This document shows, piece by piece, positions 53,501 through 64,000 of a stretch of 64,000 nt of DNA. Numbering within the stretch: position 1 is the stretch's first letter; the number at the start of each line of letters is the position of its first letter. The notes under the pieces were generated by a model. The model had not been told where the DNA came from and did no database searches. It saw only the letters and a list, made by a program, of their open reading frames with translations. This DNA is from Paragordius varius. Taxonomy: Eukaryota; Animalia; Nematomorpha. A program made the translations under genes and the position numbers. The stretch spans positions 3,038,001 to 3,102,000 of the forward strand of contig OZ176059.1 in NCBI GenBank assembly GCA_964247055.1, written 5' to 3'.

Positions 53501-54055
53501 AATAAAAATATGATTATTCATAGATCTTATTTCCAATGTTTTAAATATAAATAATATTATATTTCAATAAATTTATATAAATATTGATATATTTTTAAAT
53601 ATTTATCAAAAAATAATTATTAATTAATTTTATTTAAATATTTTAAATTATTAATGATATTCACTATTTTTTTTAATATTAGAAAATATATAAATAGATG
53701 TTTATTTTTTATAAAATTATTTTAAAAATATGATTTTTTAACTTTAATATTTTTAATATTATTATTTTAATTAATATATATAATTAATATATTTTTAATT
53801 TTTATTTTAAAAAAATTATAATAAAGTTTTTAATTTAAAAAACATTACATTATTAATATAATTATATTTATTTTCAATTTTATAACAATTATATATATTA
53901 ATATATTTTTTTCAAAAAATAATTAATTAATTTTATAAAATATTTTTTAGATCCGTAGACATTGGGGAGGCGGGAAGCTTGGCGCCAAATCTGAAGCCAG
54001 ACTTTCAAAAATTGAAAAAGCAAAAAATAAGGAACTTTTGAAAAAGCTGGGCTAA
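50541..54055 (+). CDS. RPL7A: Second RPL7A 3' half: join(50541-50671,52752-52821,53951-54055); no exons 1-3 of its own
   Basis: Encodes the same peptide as exons 4-6, with intact splice sites and stop; 21 nucleotide differences, none changing an amino acid. Confidence 0.85.
50672..52540 (+). repeat. Exon 4 donor-echo array, second copy
   Basis: TGTGTAGCTCTCACCAAAATTAACCCGTAAAA-like units near 50843, 51190, 51400, 51620, 51980, 52160 and 52515. Confidence 0.85.
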
Positions 54056-54059
54056 ATAA

Positions 54060-54296
54060 AATTTAATTTTAATAAATAAATTAATAAATTTAAATAATTT
54101 ATATTTATTTATATATTTTATTTAAAAATATTTCATAATATATAAAAATATTTTTTTAAGAAAAAAAATTGAATTTCAAAGATTGAAAAAAAATAAGGAA
54201 CTCTTGAAAAAGCTGGACTAAATAAAATTTAATTTTAATAAATAAATTAATAAATTTAAATAATTTATATTTATTTTATTATATTCATTTACTTAA

Positions 54297-54327
<31 letters not shown>

Positions 54328-54700
54328 ATTTATTTAAAAATATAAATTTATTATTCAATAAAAAATAAAAAAGTTTTGAATTTGAAAAAACAAAAAATAT
54401 TAAAGCAAAAAATAAGGAACTCTTGAAAAAGCTGGGCTAAAAAAATTTATTAATTTTTTATTTTAAAAAAATAAAATAAATTTAAATAAATTAAAATAAT
54501 TTATATATTTATTTATTTTATTTAAAAATAATATATATATATAAAATTATTTTATTTATAATGAAATATTAAGGATTTTTTAATAAAATTGAATTTTAAA
54601 GATTAAAAAAAAATAAGGAACTTTTGAAAAAGCTGGGCTAAAAAAAATTTATTTTTTATTTTATAAAAAAATATAAAATAAATTAATAAATTTAAATAAT

Positions 54701-54731
<31 letters not shown>

Positions 54732-55040
54732 TTACTTATTTTGTTAAAAAAAATGTTTATAAACATAAAACAGTTTTGAATTTTAAAAAAGATTGTAAAA
54801 GCAAAAAAGAAACTCTTGAAAAAGCTGGGCTAAAAAATTATTCATTTTTATTAAAAAATATTAAATAAATTTAAATATATATATATGTATATTATTTAAA
54901 TAATTTATATATATTTATATATATATTTTATTAAGAAAAATATTAAGGATTTTTTATTCAAAAAAAGTTTTGAATTTTAAAAAAGATTGAAAGAAACAAA
55001 AAATAAGGAACTCTTGAAAAAGCTGGGCTAAAGTAAAAAA
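54060..55040 (+). repeat. Stop-codon-region echo array, second copy
   Basis: AATAAGGAACTCTTGAAAAAGCTGGGCTAA-like units near 54180, 54400, 54600, 54790 and 54985. Confidence 0.85.
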
Positions 55041-56547
55041 TTTATTTTTTATTCAAAAATATAAAATAAATTTAAATAATTTTATATAAACATTATTTAA
55101 ATATATATTTTTTATATAATATTTCTAAACAAAAATTAAATATTTTTTAAAAAAATTGAAAAAAACAAAAAATTAGGAAAACTTAGAAATTAGGGACTTT
55201 TAAAAAAATGGGTTAATTAAAATTAGATGGGTTTTGGTTTTGACAAATTTGCTACTCTTTAAGAAATTCGGAAAAAGAAAATCTAAACTTTGTATATTTT
55301 TTTAATATTGTCAACGAAAACGAATATTTTATGTTAATATAATAATTTGAATTCTCGTAAAATTTATTAAATTAAACTATAAACCAAAATTTTTATTAAA
55401 AACTTATTACCTTTTCGTGTTTTTCACTTATGTGTTTTAGTTTACCTTTTGTGGTAATTTATATACCAGAGCACAATTTTGTAAATAAAAAGTAAGCTTT
55501 TAAAAGTTATTTTAGGTAAAATTTAATTATCAAACATTGTTTTCCTGTATTATCAAATAAAAAGGCTGACATTTTCTACATTCTGATTTCTAGATAAAAT
55601 TTGGACAGCTGCAAAACACGATTGAACAAACAGCTGATAAGAAAATCTAAATAAATCTAGTTTTTTCTGGTAAAATGGGGTCTGAAAGCATTTTAAAGTT
55701 AATTATTTACATTTTCGCATAAATTACATTTATTTGCGGAAATGATTTTTTTAAAGTTTGCGATGACGTTTTTTTATTACAAAATCTTTCTAATGTGCTT
55801 AAAATGCTAAATAAAGCATATTTTAAATTTGGCTTAATACCTCAAGTACTTTTTAAGATATTCAAATTTTTAACACTTCGATTCAATTTTGGGTATCTAA
55901 ATACCCCAGACTAAATTTAAGTTAGGATTTTCAAAAAACTACTGAAGGAAACGGTCCCAATTTAAATTTATGTTTCTATCCAAATGAAAATTATAGAAAT
56001 ATGCCAAAATATCTAAATAAAACCATTTTTATTTTACAAATTTTTTGCAAAATATCGTCTTCATCTCCAGGGGCGTACCGAGGGGGGGGCAAGGGGGTGC
56101 ATCATGCCCCGGGCGCCGTTATTTAGGGGCGCCTAAATGATTATTTTAATATGCAAAAATAATAAGAACTTAATAATATTTTTCAGCAATTAGGTAAAAA
56201 TCCCTAAAATATATACTCTATATATTCACCTAATTAGTACCATAAAACAGAATGACTTAACATTGTTGAGAGTGGAAAAAGAAAAATATGATAGATTTTA
56301 ATAATTGATAATTTTGCAATATCAAAAGCCAGAAAAATATTACATAAATATTTTTACTCTTAGTTGCTTTTTTCCTTTCCAAGTGATAAAATCTTCATAT
56401 AAAATATTTTATTAAATAAAATGCATTATATTTCTGTTTATGTATTGCAAAATTCTCCTAGATTTACAATTATTTTTTAAATCATTTTTGTTCGCCATTA
56501 TCATAAGATCAATTCAATATATGCAACAACATTATTTTTATATATAA

Positions 56548-56585
56548 CTAGCGAAAATCTCCCCGTGGAAGTCCTTCGGACTTCC
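56548..56585 (-). mobile_element. Helitron-like 3' terminus
   Basis: On the minus strand an 8-bp GC-rich hairpin (GGAAGTCC-GAA-GGACTTCC) lies 15 nt before CTAG|T. The 5' end is not identified. Confidence 0.55.
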
Positions 56586-56699
56586 GGGTGGGAGGGAGGC
56601 GCTATTTGAAATAAGTATTTCGAAACATTATTTAATAGCTATGATCTGATAAAATTTTAAAACGGTGCATTCATACTATATTGTTTACTTGTGCCAAAC

Positions 56700-58965
56700 G
56701 GTCTCATACCTAGGGCAAAAAATAGATTTATAATTATTTTTGTGGACTTTGTTTTTTGAAAAAAAATGGCATTTTATGGGGGGAGCGGTTAAATATAGGG
56801 CCTAAATTAAAAAAGCGAGACGACCATGTTCGGCGCAATCGAAAATGAGTAAACAAAAATCACATTTGAAATATGGTTCAACACGTTCTCCGGAAGATTG
56901 TCTCAAAGACACGATTTTTGTGGACTTCTGTTTTCAAAAAAAACCGTTTTTTACACGGGGTGCCCGAACTGGGGGCCTATTTCAAAAAAGGGCGAAGCTA
57001 TTGTCGGGGCATTTATTAATGATTATATTTTTTCGATGTTTGGATTCGAATGGGTCTACCGGTTTTTCGAAAACAGATCACAAAGCCACCACTTTCCATT
57101 TTTATAAATATATTTCCATATTATAGAATTTATTAGAATATTTATGCAATTAAAAATGAATAAATTTACTTCATATAGATCAGGGCTTCTTAAACTTTTG
57201 TAATTCCCGACGCCATTTATGAGAGCGAGTTTCTCAACGACCCCAACAATTCACGCTTATAAATTTTGTTGATTATATTTATCAGGATTATTTCGGTTTT
57301 AAGAGATTTACATAATTAAATCTACATTTTTTTATAAATTTCTTTAACATCTTCTGATTCATAGTAAATTTATACAAGATATTATAATAATCGGTGGACT
57401 TTTTAAAGGAAAGAATGATGTTATACAAATTCGCCATAATGTGTTTAACTGAACTCGTATGGCTTCTTAATGGCAAATATTTGGAATCATCTTACCATTT
57501 ATGGGGTTTCGAAAAAATACCTCAACACTAAATTATTGTTGTAAGATGGCGTATTTTTAGGGCATAAAAGCCACAAATTAACGGCTATAAAAAACACCTG
57601 ATTTTTTTATCTAGTTACGGAATAAATTTCAAGGTTTTAATGAGCTCATATGCCTTCATAATTTTGTGTAAATTAGCTCCAAAACAAAGCAATTTTTATA
57701 TAGTGGACCAGCTTTTGGCGGGTACTCCTAACCCAGGGCAGGTATAAAAAAGCGCTGGTTAAAATTTTTGCCCTCATATGGGGATTATCTTGAATGGAAT
57801 TCATTGTTCCTATTAGACTCATAGGTTTTCTGAAATTTCGCTCCAAAGGCATGCTGTATATAGATTGGACACAGTTTTACGCGGGTAGCTTCTAACCAGG
57901 GCAACAAAAAAACGCTCAATTAAATTTTTTGCCTTAATTCGGGTAATACCTGGAATCATGATTGATTCCATATGCTCTCATGGTGCCCCAAAACCAAAAA
58001 GTCATTCTATGGTGGCGCATTTTTTCAGGGCAAGGGCCTAATTAAGGGGCTCTACTCAAATTTTTGACTTTACGGGTAATATTTCAGGCCTATATTACAC
58101 TTATATGGCCTGATAAGTTTTTTGAAAATTAACTTCTAAACAACGCAATGTCGATATGGTGGCGCAGTTTTAGGCGAGTAGCTCCTTACCCAACAGCTGA
58201 TAAAAAAACCCTTGATTAAAATTTTCGTTTTTACGGAGAATACCTAAAATCATTATTGATTCCATATAATCTCATTAGTTTTTGGAAAAATTGCCTTAAA
58301 ACTAAAAACCATTCTATAGTGGCGTATTTTTCAGGGTGTGAATAAAATTCGTACGACCTAAATTTTTGCCTTGTTATGGGTAATATTTTAACTATTGAAC
58401 TCATATGGCCTGATAGGTTTTTTGAAATTTAGCCCCAAAGGCACCCTATTTCCTTATGATGAGGCAATCTTTAGCGGGATCTCCTTACCCAGCAGCTAAT
58501 ATAAAAAACGCTCGACTAAAATATTTGCCTTTTAACAGGGAATACGTGGAATCCTTATTGAATTTTTAGATCCTTATTGAATTTTTAGAGTCTCGTACCT
58601 TGGGCGAAATATAGATTCAAAAAATAATTTTTATGTTTGAAAAAAATGGCATTTTACGGGGGGAGCGGGTAAAAAGGGGGCCGAAATTAAAAAAGCGAGC
58701 CGACTATGTTCGGCGCAATTGAAATAAAAAAAAATATATGTGAAATCGAATGGTCCAACACGTTTTCAGGAAAATTGTCTCAAAGACACGATTTTTCAAA
58801 AAACCCATTTTTTACACGGGGTGGGCCCGAACTGGGGGCCTAATTAAAAAAAAGACGAAGCTATTGTCGGGGCATTCATTAATGATTATATTTTTTTCTG
58901 GATATGAATGGGTCTACCGGTTTTCCGGAAACATACAAAGCCTCATTTTCCATTTTTATAATCAT
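56700..58965 (+). repeat. Pair of about 400-bp direct repeats (about 56700-57120 and 58590-58965)
   Basis: Shared GGGGGAGCGG..AAAAAGCGAG..ATGTTCGGCGCAAT..GTCTCAAAGACACGA..CCCGAACTGGGGGCCTA..GCTATTGTCGGGGCATT..ATGGGTCTACCGGTTTT. Confidence 0.8.
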
Positions 58966-59054
58966 ATATATTTTACAAGTTAAAACATTTTTTGTTCAAT
59001 TTTAATTTTATCACTCGCGACCCCAAAAGGGGTCGCCTTAGTTTAAGAAGCCCT

Positions 59055-59055
<1 letters not shown>
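57181..59055. mobile_element. Inner hAT-type element
   Basis: ATATAGAT|CAGGGCTTCTTAAACT ... AGTTTAAGAAGCCCTG|ATATATAT: 16-bp perfect TIR, 8-bp flanks with 1 mismatch. Confidence 0.8.
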
Positions 59056-59106
<51 letters not shown>

Positions 59107-61320
59107 GAATTTATATGACTGTGCTGTCTTATCTATGGTGTTTAGGTTACAACGTTTGTATTTTTTTACTATATTGCATTATTGGCTTTTTTAAAAAAAA
59201 AGGGGGGGGGGCGCCATAAAATTTTTATGCCCCGGGCGCCGCAAATGCTCGGTACGCCACTGTTCATCTCATTTTAAGGGTAAAATTAAAGCTAATTTTT
59301 TTTTAAATTACATGTATTTTTGATAGAAATAGAAAAAGCGGTTTATTATTTATTATTTTTAAATTTTACCATTAAACACATGTCACGTTGACTAAATTTT
59401 TAGCTTTCGGTTTTAGCTTAAAATAAGTAATATTAAGTATTTTTAAATAAATTTTTTTATATACTTCGGTTTATTAATATTATATAAGTGCAAAGTTTTG
59501 CCATGGTTTCGATTCCTTCCATATTTTTTAAAAATTTTTATTTTAAACAGGCCTGGGGTATTTAACTACCCCAATTTGAACGAAGGACTAAAATGAATGT
59601 GTTGTATCCAAGTTTTAATACCTCTGGTGTGCAAAACTACCTCATATAAATCTGTTAAATATATTCAGAATTTATATGTATATAATAAACTTTTGCGTGT
59701 AAAAATCACAAAAAATAAATTGAAAAGGAGTAAATTCATATAAACAGATTTACAATGATAAAATAAAATATTTTGATGCAAAAATCCCATAATTAAGGAA
59801 TATCATTCTCAAATATTAGTAAAATTTAATCCAGCTGTTTTTTATTTTCAAGGTTTTACCTTTTTAAAAGTCAGGAGACTTTTAAAGTTAAGACTGTAAT
59901 CAGCTGTTTTTATTAATTATTAAGAAAGAACTTAAATATTTTGAGACTTACTTTATCTCAAGGTTTACTTCGTTAAAAGTTATGTGTTTTACAGTTAAGA
60001 CTGTAATCAGCTGTTTTCTTAATAATTTAGGAAAGAACTTGAATATTTTGAGACTTACTTTATCTCAAGGTTCACTTCGTTAAAAGTCAGGTGTTCTATC
60101 GTTGAAGAGTGAAATCAGCTGTTTATATAAAATTTAAGATCGACCTTTGAAAATTATATACTCAGCTGTTTTGTCTTCGAAGTTTTATTTCTTTTAGAAT
60201 TTGAAAGTTTTTTTAAAATTGGAAACTGTAATCCTATTATTTGCTTGGCGATATAAAACCACCCCAGAAGATTATAACATTGTTAAATATAGTCAAAAAA
60301 ATCGATTAAAAACGTTGAAAAGACAAAACTTTTAAAATTTTTTGTTAAAATAATAATTTGTATTCTCGTAAAATTTTTTAAATTCAAACTATATCCAAAA
60401 CTTTCGATATATGAGAGCATCTTTTCAATGGATTAACTAAAACAAAAAAAATATTAATAAGATTAATTAAAATAAAATTTGAAAAATATATAATTATAAA
60501 TTATGATAACAAACAAAATGAGAAAAAACAATAACATATGGACATCACTTTGCATTTTTTTTGTTATTATAATTTATAATTATATATTTTTTCAATTTTG
60601 TTTTAAATAATCTTTTTATTATTATTTTCTTTTGTTTTAGTTAATTCATTGAAAAAGATATTCTTATGTATCGAAAATTTTGGATATAGTTTGAATTAAT
60701 AAATTTTACGAGAAATATTTATTTTATAATTTTCATTAGAGAACAAGGGGATTGTCGAATAAAAAATAACATTAACTTTGCCCATATAAAAAGATTTACA
60801 AGAAATACTCAATTCATAAGGACTGAAATGTAAAAATATAAAGACAAAATATTTTTTCAAAAGACATCCAACCCCATACTTTTTAGGAAACCTTAATTTT
60901 TGATCTAAAATATATTTAAATACAATCTTTATGTTCATAATTGATTGTTCTACCAATTTACAATGCTAAATTTATAATTTGCAATTTAAAAAAATCAGTT
61001 ATTAATTTGAAAAAATCAAGATCTTAAAAGGTTGTCATTTGAAAAAATATTTGTCTTTATTTTTAAAGTTTTGTCCCGTATAATTTCAATTTTTACTGTA
61101 AAATGGTAAATTTTAAAACAAATACTTAATTATTTCGATAAACTATTTAAAAATAAATCTTATTCCTTTGTCATCACATTAGGTCGGACCCATTTTAGTT
61201 CAAGCGTTAGCCTTAAAAATAAATTCTGCAATTATAAATAATTATGGATTATTTTAAAAAATATTTTTCGATAAAAAATATTTTGAACAAGTATACGATT
61301 ACCTATACCCTGATCATTTA

Positions 61321-61612
61321 CAGTAAGTTTAGATATTATATACGGACAATACGTAAAAAAATAAGGACAAATTTTTTTTTTACAAAAAAACATCCTTTTT
61401 AAATCTTGATTTTTTTAAATATAACTCATTCAATTAAATTCAGTAAAATATAGAATTGTAAATTGGTAAAACAATCAATTAAATATTTTACAATTTTAGT
61501 CATATAATTTATATGAAAATAATATGGATATCGGTAAAAAAATTGGTTGTCTTTTGAAAAAAATACGTTTCTATGGTTTTAAGTTTTGTCCGTGTAATTT
61601 CAACTTTAACTG
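61321..61612. mobile_element. Same MITE family
   Basis: TA|CAGTAAG...TTTAACTG|TA. Confidence 0.7.
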
Positions 61613-62869
61613 TAAAACTTATTAAATTACAATTAATGATATTTCCTGGAATCATACATTAGGCCTTATAACAAGTTTTAAATCAAAACCATAAGACTTG
61701 GTATTACAAATTTGTTTTATATATACCATTTACAATTAAAATTCATCCCCCTTGAACAATTCAAATTTATTCCTTTCAACAATTCAAATTCACCCTTAAA
61801 CAACACAAATGCACCCTCGAACAATTCAAATTCACCCTAAAAATAACTTATGTGTTTTCGGGCTCATAACCTCATCATTAATAAGATATATATGTTTATG
61901 GCCTAGTTTATTATGTTTGTAGATTGTATTAATTTTAAACGTAAGTTCATTTTTTGAACATACAAAAAATAGAGGTAATTTTTAGTTTTTAAAAACACAT
62001 AATTCATTTGAACGTAAATTTGATTTTTCAAGGGTGTATTTTAAACGGTAAATAACATAAGACAAAACTTGAATTATAAGTAACGAAGAAAAAAAACTTG
62101 CCAATTATATATTTTTTGAAACCACATTGATCCTTAAATTAAATATTACAAATATTTACAAATTTAAAAAATTAATGAATTATTTTTTAATCTTCATCAC
62201 TTATATAGTTGTTTCAACCTATTGCCGTAAGTTTTATTTAACGATTATTGATTTGTTTAAATGATTAGCATCTACTAAACCCTAGTTCTCAAGAGCGCTG
62301 TATATACAAATTTAAGGGGGTAGGTGGTAAGAAAAATTTGGGAAATTCAAAAAGTACAACCAGAAATCAAATTGTAGGATTTCAGATGCAAATTATCTAG
62401 ATTTATCAGTAGGAGAAAAAAATTTTTCAAAATTGCAAAGACAATCGTCTATTGATTGGGACGTTTCATAATATCATAATAAATTTTACATTTTACTTGG
62501 AATTTTTAGAAGACAAGTCGTCGGTAAATGTACCGATAAACTTCCAGATGTATTCGACCTCTCCGATCGATACTTTTTCATATAAATTGTTAAACGTCTA
62601 AATTGAAAAAAATCAATTTTTATCCATGTTAGCGTCAGATTTAGGTCTGACCTAGTAGGTCTTTGACCTGGTCGGCACAACCCTAGTACCAATAAATTAT
62701 TTATTACATGCAAAAGCGAGCGCCTAGTATTAGATTTTTTAATGGAATTATCACATAATTGGGAAATAAAATTATAAAATATTAGTTTAATTCAATGTGT
62801 TTTGGAGCGGTTCTAAAGGTTACACTTTCTAAAACATAAAAGCAAGTGAAATAACCAAGTGTTTCAATA

Positions 62870-63550
62870 ACATTAACATTTCAAATTCACCCCCTTGAAC
62901 AATTTAAATATATCCCCTAGAAAAATTCCAAAATTCAAATTAACCCTTGAACAATTATTCACCCCCGAACAATTTAAATTCACCTCCTTCAACAGTTTGA
63001 ATTCCCCCCTGAAAGATTCAAATTCACCCTTAAACATTTCAAATTCACTATCGAACAATTCATTCTTACCATCGAACAATTCATATTCATCTTTCAAAGA
63101 TTCGAATTCACCCTTGAACAATTCTAATTTACTCTGAACAATTCAAATAATTTCAAATTAACTTTTGAGCGATTCAACTTCCCTCTCGAGCGATTCAAAT
63201 TCGCCCCCTTGAACATTTCAAATTAACCTTGAACAATTCATATTTATCCATCTAAAAATATATTATGTGTTTTTATTAAATTAAATATTAAATCTTTTAA
63301 AATATTTTTTTAAAAAGAATTCTTTAAAATTAAAAAAAAATGGGAATAAAAGAATAATCAGTTATAATAGCTGCCCAAAATAACATAAAATTATTTTCGA
63401 GGGGTGATTGGAATTTATCAAGCGTGAATTTGAATTATATAAGGGTGAATTTGATTGTTTTAGGGTGAATTTATATTGTTCGAAGGTGAATTAGAATTGT
63501 TTAAGGGTAAATTTGAATTTTCTTCAGAGTGACAATTTGATATGTAAATG
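62870..63550. repeat. Expanded subrepeat arrays of the foldback family in inverted orientation
   Basis: Many AATTCAAATTCACCCTTGAAC units at 62880-63240 and their complement GGGTGAATTTGAATT at 63410-63530. Explains the NSPL-rich ORFs in the track. Confidence 0.7.
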
Positions 63551-63977
63551 GTTTACAAAAAATGATTACCTATTTTTTGATAAATATATTTTTACATTCA
63601 ACAATTTCATAAGTTAATTTTTTAGATAACATTAAAATATAAATATTTTAGATTCAAATTTCATCAAAAAGCACGCGTATTTTTTTAATATTAAAACATT
63701 ATCTAATTGCTTAAAATTAATTATATATCTTTTTGAGTTTAATCAAAATTTTTATAAATTAAACATTTATAAATTATTTAACAATGATTGTATAAAAATA
63801 TAATTTTTTTAATAGCACATAAACACTTTAACTTAATATTTTATCATTATAGTATATTTTAATAAATAGATATTTAAATCAGATTTAAATAAAAATGTAA
63901 AATATATAATTCAAATAAAAACATCAACTGTTAATCATTGAAAACCACGTTTAATGTTCGGTCCGAATTGAGTCGAG

Positions 63978-64000
63978 ATGACAACAAACACACTTTTGAA
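63978..64000 (+). CDS. SURF4: Start of a second SURF4 exon 1 (MTTNTLL...), cut by the window edge
   Basis: GAGATGACAACAAACACACTTTTGAA is identical to 42451-42476, with the same upstream CCACGTTT.ATGTTCGGTCC context. Confidence 0.8.

Larger units (their letters stand above)
56068..59262. mobile_element. hAT-type non-autonomous element carrying nested insertions
   Basis: TTCATCTC|CAGGGGCGTACCGAG ... CTCGGTACGCCACTG|TTCATCTC: 15-bp TIR (1 mismatch) and a perfect 8-bp TSD. Confidence 0.9.

Noticed and set aside
56845-59219. ORFs at 56845, 56898, 57288, 58750 and 58992
   Set aside because: They lie inside nested non-autonomous elements, the paralogous repeat does not conserve the frame, and no transposase motifs are present.
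55873-59587. Possible piggyBac-like outer element (TTAA|CACTTCG... / ...CGAAGGA|CTAA)
   Set aside because: The inverted-repeat similarity is visible but too degenerate, and the TSD is imperfect; not called as a feature.
62873-63137. Overlapping NSPL/FKGE repeat ORFs on both strands (also 30420-30639 and 40730-40969)
   Set aside because: They arise from the short subrepeats of the foldback MITE, not from a gene.
1-64000. Ciliate origin or alternative genetic code as the explanation for the micro-introns
   Set aside because: TAA and TGA both terminate RPL7A copies at the conserved position, and the POFUT1, RPL7A-U24 and SURF4 context looks animal-like.

Overview
Very AT-rich eukaryotic genomic DNA, most likely animal; the lineage cannot be assigned from the sequence. 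The genetic code is standard (TAA and TGA both used as stops). Three host genes are recognisable. (1) A complete 8-exon POFUT1/O-fut1 on the minus strand (9693-4812, ends KDEL). (2) A complete 6-exon RPL7A on the plus strand (22592-29977), hosting a U24/SNORD24-like C/D snoRNA. (3) The first two exons of SURF4 (42454-46393). The introns I could resolve are bimodal: four are only 21-30 nt, and the rest are 0.3-4 kb and full of repeats. In RPL7A and SURF4 many large introns contain degenerate tandem echoes of the adjacent exon-intron junction. From about 24 kb onward the window is a nested tandem duplication: an orphan extra RPL7A last exon (36893), a second RPL7A exon 4-6 set without its own exons 1-3 (50541-54055; 21 differences, all silent) and a second SURF4 start (63978). 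The rest is transposon-derived: mariner, Penelope-like GIY-YIG, PIF/Harbinger, RTE LINE, hAT, a Helitron-like end and several MITE families, many with readable TIRs and TSDs. All coordinates were read by eye and no database search was run.
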